In this document: positions 40,521 to 51,791 of the stretch, piece after piece
Layout: each line of letters starts with the position of its first letter
Numbering within the stretch: the first letter of the stretch is position 1
Assembly: GCA_965208905.1 (NCBI GenBank)
Contig: OZ242365.1
Span: 1,184,001-1,248,000 of the forward strand
Reading direction: 5' to 3'
DNA from: Nitrosopumilaceae archaeon
GTDB taxonomy: Archaea; Thermoproteota; Nitrososphaeria; Nitrososphaerales; Nitrosopumilaceae
DNA: 64,000 nt
Made by a program: the position numbers and the translations under genes
Notes under the pieces: generated by a model
What the model was told of the DNA's origin: nothing
Database searches by the model: none
What the model saw: only the letters and a program-made list of their open reading frames with translations

Positions 40521-41612
40521 TTATGTGATTATATCTGCCAACCTGTCTTGCTCTATAGCCCAACGCATCTCCATTGCTATGCGCCGGCCAACACCAAACG
40601 TTTCACCATACTGGTACTTGGTGTATGGTGTAGTTGTAGCCAGTATGGGATTTCCAGGAACACGTAGTGATACGTCGTATACGACCATCTCCAAATTCTT
40701 GGTGATTACACTTTGTAATGAAAATGGACCTATTATGCCAGGGGCATGATCTCTTTTTGATGCCTCTACAAATCTATCCCCCATATCAAATATGGCGTTT
40801 AGTAGCGACTCTCGTGCACTTGCTGGCGTGTGACCCACCTCTATATTCTGCAACTCCACATCTATCTGGGCCTGTTGGGCGGCAGGTAACGCATTAAAGT
40901 CCATAATGTTGGTCTGGAGCCTCCTCTCAATACCCATAAAGTCTACTCTGTCTTTGATGGGTGATGCAAAATAATTAAAGTTCATGTAGGTGCCTATGGC
41001 CAGTTCCTCTATACTGGCAAGCTCAAGTCCAGCATGATCAATTATGTCGGCATCTATCATTCGCTGAGATTTTTTCGTGTAATCTGAGGGCGATGATACA
41101 ATAAAGAATGCACGCTCTAATTTTCTGGATTTTTCTTGTACCTTTACTATACATGGACCATCGATATCTTGAGGCTTTTCATATATTCGAGGCAGTCGAA
41201 GGCCTGCTGATTTTAACATAAAGTACTGCCCTCGTTTTTCACTTCTCTCCTCGGCACGAAACAGCCGCCGATTTCCAAATATGGGTAGGGCAAAGTCGTT
41301 TTCTAGAGTATCATATCCTAGGTATACTGCCAAGGACCTGTGGGGAACTACAATATTCTGTTCTGTTCTTATGTGGTGCTGGTGTTCTTTACTGGCCATA
41401 TCTGCGAACCTGTCTAGTATCACAACATTGTCCACAACACGAGAAAATCGTTGATACGGCACATGACGACCTCTTTGACAGTACACTGTAGTGCGAAACC
41501 CTTCGTCTTTGGCACCATCCATTATCTCCAATGCCGAGTGACTACCCAATACTGCAATACCAGGATCTTTGTATTCCGCAACCACATCTGCCATCTCTGA
41601 ACGACTTATCAT
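40521..41612 (-). CDS. purP: PurP-family ATP-grasp enzyme (FAICAR synthetase-like)
   Basis: GSHSALEIMDGAKDEGF, FGNR, IGPFSLQ and GRRIAME motifs. Confidence 0.9.
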   Translation of the reverse strand: MISRSEMADVVAEYKDPGIAVLGSHSALEIMDGAKDEGFRTTVYCQRGRHVPYQRFSRVVDNVVILDRFADMASKEHQHHIRTEQNIVVPHRSLAVYLGYDTLENDFALPIFGNRRLFRAEERSEKRGQYFMLKSAGLRLPRIYEKPQDIDGPCIVKVQEKSRKLERAFFIVSSPSDYTKKSQRMIDADIIDHAGLELASIEELAIGTYMNFNYFASPIKDRVDFMGIERRLQTNIMDFNALPAAQQAQIDVELQNIEVGHTPASARESLLNAIFDMGDRFVEASKRDHAPGIIGPFSLQSVITKNLEMVVYDVSLRVPGNPILATTTPYTKYQYGETFGVGRRIAMEMRWAIEQDRLADIIT

Positions 41613-41695
41613 ACTGATACGGCATGGATGTTATGGTACATATTGATGTATTGTTTGCCGTACACTTTATACTGTGAATGTGAATATAATGTCAT

Positions 41696-41953
41696 ATGAT
41701 AGTAGAGAAGAGACTATTGATTGCAGGTGTGGCTTTGTTGGTGTCTGGCTTTGTTCTGTCTGCTGTAATTGCGCTTAATGCACCAGTAGGTCAGACTGGT
41801 ATGACTGAAGATGAAGTGTTGGATTTGATGGAGATGCAACAACAGAACGATGACATGGGTATATTGGCTGGTATACTGGTGGGAGTGGGTTTTCTACTGG
41901 CGCTAATAAGCTTTGGAGCCAGGCGACGATCTGGTGGAAAGAACACAATGTAG
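41696..41953 (+). CDS. Small two-TM membrane protein
   Basis: Two hydrophobic helices and a basic tail. Confidence 0.75.
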   Translation: MIVEKRLLIAGVALLVSGFVLSAVIALNAPVGQTGMTEDEVLDLMEMQQQNDDMGILAGILVGVGFLLALISFGARRRSGGKNTM

Positions 41954-41985
41954 TTTTTATTTGATTGTACACAAATAATACCGAC

Positions 41986-42309
41986 ATGATGGCAGAAATT
42001 AGTATTACGCCCATTGGTACGAGTCAGACCAGCGTTTCGTTTTATATCGCCCGGGCATTAGAGGCCATATCTGATATGAAAGACATAAGATTCCAGCTGA
42101 ACTCCATGGGAACCATAATGGAGTCCGAAGACGCAGAGAATATATTTTTGGCGACCCAAATAATGATGGATACTATACACAATTTGGGCGTTAATCGTCA
42201 AAGTGTAATTCTCAAGATTGACTCTCGACGTGACAAATCTGCATCCATGTCTGAAAAAATCAAGTCAGTTCAGCAATACATGTCAGAGAGTCCTAACTTT
42301 TTGGAATAA
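41986..42309 (+). CDS. MTH1187/YkoF-like thiamine-binding protein
   Basis: AEISITPIGT, MGT.ME and KIDSRRDK motifs. Confidence 0.85.
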   Translation: MMAEISITPIGTSQTSVSFYIARALEAISDMKDIRFQLNSMGTIMESEDAENIFLATQIMMDTIHNLGVNRQSVILKIDSRRDKSASMSEKIKSVQQYMSESPNFLE

Positions 42310-43374
42310 TGTGTTTCGCTGAATTGGTGTACGCCCTATCTCACGAACTATCGTCGCCAGCTCATCTATGGATGAACCTGTTGGTTTGCCCGCAGCGCGA
42401 TATATCTCCTCAGAGAATGCAGTTCCAACAAGATCATTTCCACCATACGCCAAAGATACCTGAGCTATCTTCTTCCCATACGCTACCCAGTATACGGATA
42501 TGTTGTCCAGAACATTCGCTAACATTATTCTGGATACTGCCAATACTCGTAAATCGTATAGTGATGAACACTCCTCGGTCACCAGATTATTCTTCTCTAG
42601 TTCAGTATTGTCTAGACTAAACTTCAACGGAATAAAAGTGATGAAACCCCCAGTCTCTTTCTGCAGATCTCGTATCTTTATGAGATGATCAATCACATGT
42701 TCAGGCTTCTCTACATGACCATACAACATTGTAACATTACTCCGTATGCCCAACTCATGAGCCTGTCGTATAGTGTCTAACCACTCTTGGCCAGTACACT
42801 TACCTCTTACGATCTTTGTTCGTATATCTGGATGAAATAACTCCGCTCCACCACCAGGCATTGTGTCTAAACCGGCCTCCTTTAATCGCAAGAGTATCTC
42901 CGAAACTGAGTTTTTTGTAAGCTTTGAGAGAAAAAATATTTCTGCTGCCGTAAAGGCCTTTATGTTTAGAGATGGATGCTTCTCTTTTATGATCTTCATC
43001 ATATCTTCATAGTACTCTAGCGGAAGTGTTGGATGAAATCCTCCCACTATGTGCACTTCGGTGGCGCCCATCTGCTTGGCAATTGATACCCTCTGTTCTA
43101 TCTGTGATGGTGTCAGTACGTAGGCGTCCTCTTCATCTCCCTTTCTATAAAAGGCACACATCTGACAACTAGCTGCGCAAACATTGGTATAGTTCATGTA
43201 ATATGATGCGGCAAACGTTACTGCATCGCCCACCTGTCTTCGACGTATGGTGTCAGCCACCGCCCCCAACTCGTGTAGACTTGCAGACATCAATTCTATG
43301 CCGTCATCAAATGAGAGTTCGTCCATTGATATGGCACGTTCCAATGACCTCCTGCTACCTACAATCTGTGACAT
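42283..43374 (-). CDS. mqnE: Aminofutalosine synthase (radical SAM)
   Basis: NYTNVCAASCQMCAF, EVHIVGG, KAFTAAEI and PGGGAELF motifs. Confidence 0.85.
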   Translation of the reverse strand: MSQIVGSRRSLERAISMDELSFDDGIELMSASLHELGAVADTIRRRQVGDAVTFAASYYMNYTNVCAASCQMCAFYRKGDEEDAYVLTPSQIEQRVSIAKQMGATEVHIVGGFHPTLPLEYYEDMMKIIKEKHPSLNIKAFTAAEIFFLSKLTKNSVSEILLRLKEAGLDTMPGGGAELFHPDIRTKIVRGKCTGQEWLDTIRQAHELGIRSNVTMLYGHVEKPEHVIDHLIKIRDLQKETGGFITFIPLKFSLDNTELEKNNLVTEECSSLYDLRVLAVSRIMLANVLDNISVYWVAYGKKIAQVSLAYGGNDLVGTAFSEEIYRAAGKPTGSSIDELATIVREIGRTPIQRNTLFQKVRTL

Positions 43375-43462
43375 GATTTGATACTTTTTGATACTGATAT
43401 ATTCTTTAAGAATCTCATGCATTACAAATGGTATAAAAAGAACCATTATACAACATATGACA

Positions 43463-43624
43463 ATGGTGATGCCTCTGGTAAATGAAAACCTACCAAAATG
43501 CTACATATGTCATCGTATCTTTCCAGATATGGAGAGCCTATGCAAGCATCTGCAAGAAGCTCACCCAAATGTAATATCTGCACACAGGTCGGAACCGGCT
43601 CCTGGTGATGTCACCGTATTTTGA
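43463..43624 (+). CDS. Small C2H2 zinc-finger protein
   Basis: CYIC...F.....L.KH....H pattern. Confidence 0.7.
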   Translation: MVMPLVNENLPKCYICHRIFPDMESLCKHLQEAHPNVISAHRSEPAPGDVTVF

Positions 43625-43894
43625 TATAAACAAGAGCATATCTGAAACTATATCACATGTAACTAGAGATGTATCTTGATATGATTGTAAGGTTTCGGCC
43701 AGTCCGAAAGTCCGTTGTGGCGTGTTACGATCTCGCACCACTCAAGAAGAGCAACCAATCTGAAAGACTATCTCATAGGTGTATTATCGCCCAACTTTGT
43801 GGGACGGCCCTGCATTATATAGCTGGATACATACATTGATGGTACAGCAAAGAATCGTTTAAACCAAATATATGAAAAATACACCCGATATGTA

Positions 43895-44998
43895 ATGGGA
43901 ATACCAGAAAAGATAAAGGCCATACAAGATGAGATGGCTCGTACTCAGATAAACAAAGCCACAGAACACCACATAGGTCTACTAAAAGCCAAGATAGCAA
44001 AACTCAAACGGGAGCAGGAAGAGCAGATTACAAAAAAGTCAGGCACAAAACAAGATGGCTTTGATGTACGTCGCAGTGGTGATGCGACAGTAGTGTTCAT
44101 AGGGTTACCCAGTGTAGGAAAGTCGACACTACTAAACCAACTTACTGGAGCCAAGTCTGCGGTGGGCTCTTTTCAATTTACAACACTTACGGTAGTACCA
44201 GGAATGATGGAATATCAGGGAGCTCGAATACAGATCTTGGACCTACCTGGAATCATCAAAGGAGCTTCAACCGGTAGGGGCCTTGGCAAACGCATACTCT
44301 CGGTAGCCCGAAGCGCCGATCTGGTATTACTCATACTAGACGTATTTCAGCCGTATCATGAGGCAGTACTGGTGGAAGAGCTAGGTAATATGGGCATACG
44401 TCTCAATACATTGCCACCAAATATGATCGTTGAGCGAGCTAACTCGGGTGGCATAGCGGTGGCCCAACAAACAAAGCTTACCCATATAGATGAAAAGCAC
44501 ATTCGGGACATGTTGCATCTGTATGGTGTGATAAATGCTCGTGTGGTAGTGCGTGAGGATATAACCTCAGAACAACTCGCAGATCATATGGCGGGAAATG
44601 TAGTATACGCTAAGGCTCTCACTGTATTAAATAAGATTGATCTCGTTGATGCGGAATTTGTTGCAAGAGTGACTGATTCTATAAAGTCAAACATTGTGCC
44701 AGTCTCGGCTAACTCTGCAGTCAACATTGATTTGCTGCGCAAAACGATATACGGCAGACTCGACTTTATTCGTATATATATGCGGCCCAAAGGTGGACCC
44801 ACCGACTATGATGAGCCATTAATAGTTCGTTCGGGGGATACTGTCGAGGATGTGTGTAATAAATTGCACAGAAATATGCGCAAAGAGTTCCGATATGGGC
44901 TTGTCTGGGGTAGGAGTGTAAGATATGGTGGTCAACGTGTTGGCATTACGCATACACTCTTGGATGAAGATGTTTTAACCATAATAAAGAGAAGATAA
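43895..44998 (+). CDS. DRG/OBG-family GTPase with TGS domain
   Basis: NKATEHHIG, GLPSVGKST, FTT, DLPGII and NKID motifs. Confidence 0.95.
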   Translation: MGIPEKIKAIQDEMARTQINKATEHHIGLLKAKIAKLKREQEEQITKKSGTKQDGFDVRRSGDATVVFIGLPSVGKSTLLNQLTGAKSAVGSFQFTTLTVVPGMMEYQGARIQILDLPGIIKGASTGRGLGKRILSVARSADLVLLILDVFQPYHEAVLVEELGNMGIRLNTLPPNMIVERANSGGIAVAQQTKLTHIDEKHIRDMLHLYGVINARVVVREDITSEQLADHMAGNVVYAKALTVLNKIDLVDAEFVARVTDSIKSNIVPVSANSAVNIDLLRKTIYGRLDFIRIYMRPKGGPTDYDEPLIVRSGDTVEDVCNKLHRNMRKEFRYGLVWGRSVRYGGQRVGITHTLLDEDVLTIIKRR

Positions 44999-45011
44999 TC
45001 ATGCAATATGA

Positions 45012-47118
45012 TCAATACATGCGACTCATGAGTCGTATCTGCTCATCGGTTGTTATGGTACCCTTGGCTACTAGAATCTCCAACAACTCTTTGAGTATGG
45101 TCTGACACTTCTCTAACTCTTCATCACTACCAGCATCACCTATTGGTCCTGCCGGCCCTTTTGGACCCTTCTCACCTGCCGGCCCTGTTGGTCCTGCCGG
45201 CCCTGCCGTACCTTGCTCGCCTTGGGGTCCTGGTGGCCCCGAAGCTCCACGTTCACCTTGTAATCCTTGAACACCTTGTGGTCCACGTATACCTTTCTCG
45301 CCAGGTAGTCCTTGCGGTCCTACGGGTCCTTTGGCGCCCACAGGCCCTGCCGGGCCCCGCACACCAATAGGCCCTTTCTCCCCCTGCTCACCAATGGGAC
45401 CAGGAAGTCCACGCTCGCCCTTCTCACCAGTAGGTCCAGTCGGTCCTTTCTCTCCTACTGGTCCTGACAGACCCTTGTTGCCTAGCGCACCAGTAGGTCC
45501 AGTAGGCCCTTTCTCTCCAAGAGCGCCTTTATCGCCAGTATTACCTTTATCACCAGTCAGGCCTTTTTCGCCTTTATCGCCCACCGGCCCTTGTGGTCCA
45601 CGCTCACCTTTATCGCCCACAGGACCTTTATCACCAGTCAGGCCTTTTTCGCCTTTATCGCCCACCGGCCCTTGTGGTCCACGTTCACCTTTATCGCCCA
45701 CAGGACCCTTCTCACCCTTATCTCCAGTTAGTCCTTGATCGTCCACGCTCACCTTTATCGCCCACAGGACCCTTCTCACCCTTATCTCCAGTTAGTCCTT
45801 GATCGCCTTTTAGACCATCAGGCCCCGGTGGACCCTTTACTCCTTTATCACCTTTATCACCCTTATCCCCAGTGAGTCCCTTATCGCCTTTATCGCCCAC
45901 CGGCCCTTGTGGTCCACGCTCACCTTTATCGCCCACAGGACCTTTATCACCAGTCAGGCCTTTTTCGCCTTTATCGCCCACAGGACCTTGCGAACCCTTT
46001 ACTCCTTTATCACCCTTATCACCCTTATCACCAGTCAGGCCTTTTTCGCCTTTATCGCCCACAGGACCTTGCGAACCCTTTACTCCTTTATCACCCTTAT
46101 CACCCTTATCACCAGTCAGGCCTTTTTCGCCTTTATCGCCCACAGGACCTTGCGAACCCTTTACTCCTTTATCACCCTTATCACCCTTATCACCAGTCAG
46201 GCCTTTTTCGCCTTTATCACCCACCGGCCCTTGTGGTCCACGCTCACCTTTATCGCCCACCGGCCCTTTATCACCAGTCGGCCCTTTCTCTCCTCGATCA
46301 CCTCGTAGACCAACAGATCCACGGTCTCCCATGACCCCACGGTCTCCCGGTAGTCCAGGCGGTCCAGGTGATCCTGCTGGCCCAACAACGCCTTTCTCGC
46401 CCTGCGGCCCAGGAAGCCCCTTCTCGCCACGATCGCCCCGCAGACCTACCGGTCCAGGAGGCCCCGGCGGTCCACGTGAACCCACCGGCCCTTGCGGCCC
46501 CGCAGATCCCGGCGGCCCCGCAGGCCCTTGCGGCCCAGTGGGCCCTACAGACCCTTGCGGACCTACCTTTCCCGCAGGCCCCGGCGGCCCAGCCGGTCCC
46601 GCAATACCAGGCAACCCCGGAATTCCCGGCGGCCCTTGCGGCCCGCGTCTTTCCACAACTTGAGCAGAATCTGTTGAACTTACAGAGTCCGTGTCACTAT
46701 CGTCTGTGTTTGATGGCGGAACTTCAGGCTCAGGAGGCTCATCAGGTGGAATTGGTAACACGTCATTGGATATAATGGATGGCTCATAAGATTTATCGAA
46801 TGTATGTTCCACATATTGATCAGTCGCGATATCTACTATCGAGTAGTTATTCGAAAATATGTCTTTGATCACCACCCACGCGGAACTCTCTACAAATACA
46901 GACTCTGGTAGTGGATTGCTATCATCTCCCAAAGTTATGGTAAATGTACCGCCATCGACTCTTAGGTGAAACTGCCCGTCCCATAGTGACGAAATATCAT
47001 TGGATATAATTGACTCCTTAGTGGGGTTGATTGAGCAAATTGTAACATGTACTTCATACACGCCATTTTTATCAAATGGTGCTTTTCCGGATATCTGAAT
47101 GGATGATGGGTATCGCAT
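45012..47118 (-). pseudogene. Collagen-like (Gly-X-Y) protein split by a frameshift near 45740
   Basis: Two overlapping ORFs (47118-45718 and 45779-45012) continue the same GXY repeat; removing 1 nt gives a 701-aa protein. Confidence 0.8.
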
Positions 47119-47187
47119 AACATCCTTCTCTTATCCATGTTATTTTTACTTTTTTAAATAAAAAACCACATAACCCAAATTTTACAT

Positions 47188-47440
47188 TGTAGTATATGGA
47201 AATTATGCCCGCGAGTAATTTGACTCTACTACCATCTAGTTGAGGCCCTTTGCCTTGGTCTCCTCGGCCGCTTTCCTGGCCGAGAACGCCTTGAGCGGAG
47301 TCTCGTAGTTGGCTATGTCCAGCGAAAAGTGGAGTCACCTCTCGTTGTAATACTCGATATACTCGGGCAGGCTCTCGTAGTGGCCTATCTCTTCCTCGAT
47401 GGTTCTGTGGAACCGCTCAAGATTACTGTTCGTTTGGGGG
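47188..47440 (-). pseudogene. IS481-family transposase 3' relic with probable terminal end
   Basis: PQTNSNLERFHRTIEEE...YIEYYNER*LHFSLD...TP with in-frame stops; TGTAGTATATGGAAA-type end at 47188. Confidence 0.75.
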
Positions 47441-47606
47441 TGTCTGGGGGCTTTTTACAACTAGGCAGTCATGATACATTACAATTAGGACGCAACTATG
47501 GATTTATTGGATCGATTTTTCCAACTATCTAGAGATGATGCAAACTAGGTGAGATTGTTCTGTACCACTGGCAGAAAAATCCAATTCGCGAATAATATTT
47601 AACAGG

Positions 47607-48791
47607 ATGATGTCTTATAATACTATGATGGATTTGACTGATGACACTCAAAAAAAACATACCAAAGATGATACTCAAAACTCACTCAAAAGTAGCCTAA
47701 AAGTGTCCAAGACTGATGTGACACCATTAACAGATGAGGATTACAATCGCAAGAAACTCTTCAAAAAAGGCGTCAATTTAATGGCCGACGAAAAACTTGA
47801 GGATGCATGCGAAGCATTCGAGCAGGCATTACGCATTGATCCCAAGAATATTGAAACATTATTGAAATTAGGATATGCCAGATTTCATATAGGACAGCAT
47901 ACAGAGGCATTGGCTGCCTATGATCAGGTATTGAATATTGACATAACTCACCCCGAAGCCTGGAACTTAAAGTCACTGGTGGACTATGAGAAAGAGAACT
48001 ACTCAAAAGCATTAGATGCTGTACAGAATGCAGTGGACTCGGATCCTAATTTTGGCATGGCATGGTACAACAAGGCGTGTTATCTGTCACTACTAAATCA
48101 AGTTCCTGAGTCGTTGGAGGCACTCAAGAGATCTATCGAAATAGATGTAAAGAACGCTCGTAAGGCCGTTAAAGACCGTGATTTTATCAATGTCCGTATA
48201 GAAGAAGGTTTTAGACGAATAATTGAGGTTGTGGTGTTAGAGTCGATACGACAGGGCTATCATACATTGGGCTCCATAGTCTGGACTACCCTCTTAAAAA
48301 AATCCGATGTGGAGGAAGCCCTGGCAAAACTACTGGAGAAAGGTTTGATCATACAAAATGAAAAACGTGAAGGCTTTCATCGTATACCTATATATGATCT
48401 AGTAAAGCATATCAGCGACAGAGTGACTGTCGAGAAGCGAGGATTTTTGGGTTTGACACGTAAAAAACTGACTGGCCCAATACAGAGTTTCAGAATGCTC
48501 AGCGAGTCTGTCCAGTTAGCAAAGAATACAATAGAAGAGGAAGATGTGGAAGGAACAATAAAAAGTTTGGACGTGTTTGTGAACTCAGACAAGTGCGGAC
48601 CGATCATGATAGAACAGTTCTTTGAAGAGCACAGGGATATTCGCCTGTGGCGTGCCCGGCTTGATCATAGAGGCAGAGACTATCTGATAGAGCACAAAGA
48701 ACGAATGCTAAACGTATTGGAGAATATAGGAGCTAGTGTGACAAAAAAGATGCGTAATGACTCTGACTATTCGTCAGACAAACTCCAATAA
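47607..48791 (+). CDS. TPR-repeat protein with winged-helix-like C-terminal part
   Basis: Multiple TPRs (FEQALRIDP, AWYNKACY). Confidence 0.85.
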   Translation: MMSYNTMMDLTDDTQKKHTKDDTQNSLKSSLKVSKTDVTPLTDEDYNRKKLFKKGVNLMADEKLEDACEAFEQALRIDPKNIETLLKLGYARFHIGQHTEALAAYDQVLNIDITHPEAWNLKSLVDYEKENYSKALDAVQNAVDSDPNFGMAWYNKACYLSLLNQVPESLEALKRSIEIDVKNARKAVKDRDFINVRIEEGFRRIIEVVVLESIRQGYHTLGSIVWTTLLKKSDVEEALAKLLEKGLIIQNEKREGFHRIPIYDLVKHISDRVTVEKRGFLGLTRKKLTGPIQSFRMLSESVQLAKNTIEEEDVEGTIKSLDVFVNSDKCGPIMIEQFFEEHRDIRLWRARLDHRGRDYLIEHKERMLNVLENIGASVTKKMRNDSDYSSDKLQ

Positions 48792-49027
48792 TTGATCATT
48801 ATACGTAATGTATCGCTATGTATGCGGACGTTCTATCAAGAATACTTGTAGTACTATCATACATGCCTGGCCTGTCAGCTCACTGACAACTCCTTAGAGT
48901 TATCCATGCCGGAAACGGCAACAAGGGATTTAGAGTAGTGACATTGCTGATACTCCAGTGTAGATACAACCGAAGATTCTGTGTTGTTACCTGCTGAATA
49001 CTATTTCCATATGTGATATAACTACAG

Positions 49028-50839
49028 TCACGCGGCGCATTCGCCCCGACCGGTCTTTGTGTGATAACTGGCATCACTTCCATAGTCGGCAAAAAAGTCT
49101 GAATCCTCTTCTTTGGTGGGAGGTGTGGTTAGGGGAGCTAGGCGATTACGAATGTCTATAATTTTGATATCATCGGCATCTTGGCATACACGATGTAGCC
49201 AAGACTTTAAGGTGTCTCCTTTTTGAGCATGTTCTTTGAACATAGTAATCAACTGCAAGATTGCGGGAATTACGCGCTTTGCTGGCATGCGCAACAAATT
49301 CTTACCTAGCATTGCCTGACCATCCGCCCGACCTCCTATGGACATCATATATGATGGATACATTTCACGACCTAGTCTGCCACCACCTCCGAAGAATCCA
49401 ACAGTTGCAATTCCGTGCTGGCCACACGAATTGGGGCAACCACTTATTTTGATGGATGACTCTGCTAAAGACTCGTCTTTGTCCAACTCTAGATCTAGAA
49501 ACTTTCTTTGTATCTCTTTTGCCAAACGATGTGAATTGGTTAACGCCAAATTGCATGATGTTGTACCTGAACAGCCTATGGGCGCAGCCATCGTAAGGGC
49601 TCCAGATTTTGCCAAACCGGCCTCAGACATCTTTGTATATATCGACAACAAGTCGTCTTCGTGCACATATCGTATGGCAATATTTTGTACAAAACCCAAG
49701 CGTCCTACGCCCTCTGCTGAGAACTCACGTATCAACTCGGCTACCGTCCTTAGTTGTCCTGATGTGATGTCGCCAGCTTCAAGCATAACAAAGACGGTCC
49801 TATATCCGTCCTGTTTTTGTTTGAACGTGTTTGTAGACAACCATCTTGCATAGCCTGCGGGAACATTGCCATCCTGGTGATTTACCCTTAATGGTATCTT
49901 TATCTCATCGGTATCTAGGTTGACTGGTAGGCTCACCACGACAGACTGTGTGGCTCTTACTAAATCCCTCTCTTTTAGAACCAAGTTCTGGAACTTTGTC
50001 CAACCCATCTGATTAACTAAGTATCTGAGTCTATTACGTGGCATATTTTTACGATCACCTAATCGGTCAAATAATCTGACCACACTGATGGCAGTATACA
50101 GGACGTTCTCTTCTGGTGTGAAATCTTCCAGCTGGTGACCTACATATGACTTGTTTCCTAGACCGCCACCCACAAATACCTTGAAACCACGAACTTGCTT
50201 CCCATCCACCTCGATAATCTTTGGTATGAGACCAACATCGACTATACGTGCCATCCCATGCTCCTCACAACACGAGTAAGTGAATTTGAATTTACGAGGT
50301 AGATTTTGGTTCATTGGATTTCTCAGGAAGAATTTGGCAGTGGCCTGCGCATAAGGGGTTGCATCAAATGACTCATTGGGGCATACACCACACATGGGGC
50401 TACACATCACATTACGTATGGCATTACCACATGCTTCTCGGGATGTCATGCCTGCCTGTCCAAGTTCGCGAAACACTTCTGAGACATCTTCAAGGACTAC
50501 CCAGTGCAATTGTATGCTCTCCCGTGTGGATATGTGCGCACTCCCAATAGAGAATTGCTCGCTTATCTGAGATAATTTGTCCAGTTGGTGTGGATGTATC
50601 TGTCCTGCCGGTATCTTTACCCTTATCATTGCATAGTCGGATGTCATGCGGGTGCCATATGCGCCATGTTGCAGCCTATATCTACGAAACAGGTCTTCGG
50701 GAAACTTTCCTTGGCGGAACAGTTTCACTGTTCTGGCAAAATCTTCTGCTTCCTCCATCCGAGACCAGTCGATTACAGGTACATTCATCTTTTCTCGTAG
50801 ACTAGTCTGACTCATGCGTAGGCATCTTCTCTGCACCAT
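49028..50839 (-). CDS. sir: Ferredoxin sulfite/nitrite reductase (siroheme)
   Basis: CGNAIRN, LPRKFK, CSGTTSC and SGCPNSCGQH motifs. Confidence 0.92.
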   Translation of the reverse strand: MVQRRCLRMSQTSLREKMNVPVIDWSRMEEAEDFARTVKLFRQGKFPEDLFRRYRLQHGAYGTRMTSDYAMIRVKIPAGQIHPHQLDKLSQISEQFSIGSAHISTRESIQLHWVVLEDVSEVFRELGQAGMTSREACGNAIRNVMCSPMCGVCPNESFDATPYAQATAKFFLRNPMNQNLPRKFKFTYSCCEEHGMARIVDVGLIPKIIEVDGKQVRGFKVFVGGGLGNKSYVGHQLEDFTPEENVLYTAISVVRLFDRLGDRKNMPRNRLRYLVNQMGWTKFQNLVLKERDLVRATQSVVVSLPVNLDTDEIKIPLRVNHQDGNVPAGYARWLSTNTFKQKQDGYRTVFVMLEAGDITSGQLRTVAELIREFSAEGVGRLGFVQNIAIRYVHEDDLLSIYTKMSEAGLAKSGALTMAAPIGCSGTTSCNLALTNSHRLAKEIQRKFLDLELDKDESLAESSIKISGCPNSCGQHGIATVGFFGGGGRLGREMYPSYMMSIGGRADGQAMLGKNLLRMPAKRVIPAILQLITMFKEHAQKGDTLKSWLHRVCQDADDIKIIDIRNRLAPLTTPPTKEEDSDFFADYGSDASYHTKTGRGECAA

Positions 50840-51003
50840 TTATAAATTTTTGAACAGCGGAAAGTTTTGGACCAAGTCGATACATGATGTCAAAAATGAC
50901 TGGATTCTTATTTATAAAAAGTCTAGATGAGATGCCTCTGCGCAACCATTTCTATAGATATCTAGACATAAAGCAATATATCAAATCAGGCTGCTTTACA
51001 ATC

Positions 51004-51528
51004 ATGAAGATATACACAAAGGGTGGTGATTCTGGAATGACTGGCCTGCAGGGAGGCAAACGAGTTTCAAAGTCAAGCAGGCGTATAGCTGCATACGGAT
51101 CTCTTGATGAAGCCAACGCCATCATAGGGATGGCTATTGCAACGGGAACATATGAACAGATACAGACCATATTGAATCGCATACAAAACGATCTCTTTAT
51201 TTTGGGCGCCGATATGTCAAACCCTGACCTTACAATAAAGACAAACCGCATTACCACAGAGATGATTACTTCTTTAGAACATAACATAGATGAGATAGAC
51301 AAGACATTGCCGCCTCTGACCAACTTTATACTGCCGGGCGGTACAGTCGCCGGCTCTATATTGCATGTTGCTCGTGCAGTGGTACGTCGTGCTGAAACTC
51401 ATATGGCTCATATGTTGGGCGATATGAACCCGTTATGTCTGGTGTATGTCAACCGCCTATCAGACTTACTCTTTGTATTGGCCCGTGCATCTAATGTGGG
51501 TAAAACCGAGAGTATCTGGAGACCCTAA
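51004..51528 (+). CDS. PduO-type cob(I)alamin adenosyltransferase
   Basis: MKIYTKGGDSG, FILPGG, RRAE and NRLSDLLF motifs. Confidence 0.93.
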   Translation: MKIYTKGGDSGMTGLQGGKRVSKSSRRIAAYGSLDEANAIIGMAIATGTYEQIQTILNRIQNDLFILGADMSNPDLTIKTNRITTEMITSLEHNIDEIDKTLPPLTNFILPGGTVAGSILHVARAVVRRAETHMAHMLGDMNPLCLVYVNRLSDLLFVLARASNVGKTESIWRP

Positions 51529-51714
51529 GATGTACTTTGTAAATTTTGACGTGTCTGTCTTTGAAGTGTAGTAATATGGCCCTGTTACACACACTGCCAA
51601 AGTGTACAATAGTTTAGTCCATACTGATTACAGGAGAGATTAACCGTAATACTGCAAAACCACCTGACAAATATGGAATACTTTATTTTCCCCTGAAATT
51701 TTGATATTATATGT

Positions 51715-51791
51715 GCCAGGGTAGCTCAGCCCGGGAGAGCACTCGGCTGAAGACCGAGCTGTCGCGCGTTCAAATCTCGCCCCTGGCACCA
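51715..51791 (+). tRNA. tRNA-Phe(GAA)
   Basis: GCCAGGG/CCCTGGC acceptor, CTCGG-CTGAAGA-CCGAG anticodon arm, TTCAAAT loop, encoded ACCA. Confidence 0.96.

Noticed and set aside
45143-46775. Several plus-strand ORFs over the collagen gene
   Set aside because: They are antisense shadows of the Gly-X-Y repeats.
47200-47440. GC-rich intergenic segment as SRP or RNase P RNA
   Set aside because: The minus strand translates to an IS481-type integrase C-terminus with stops.
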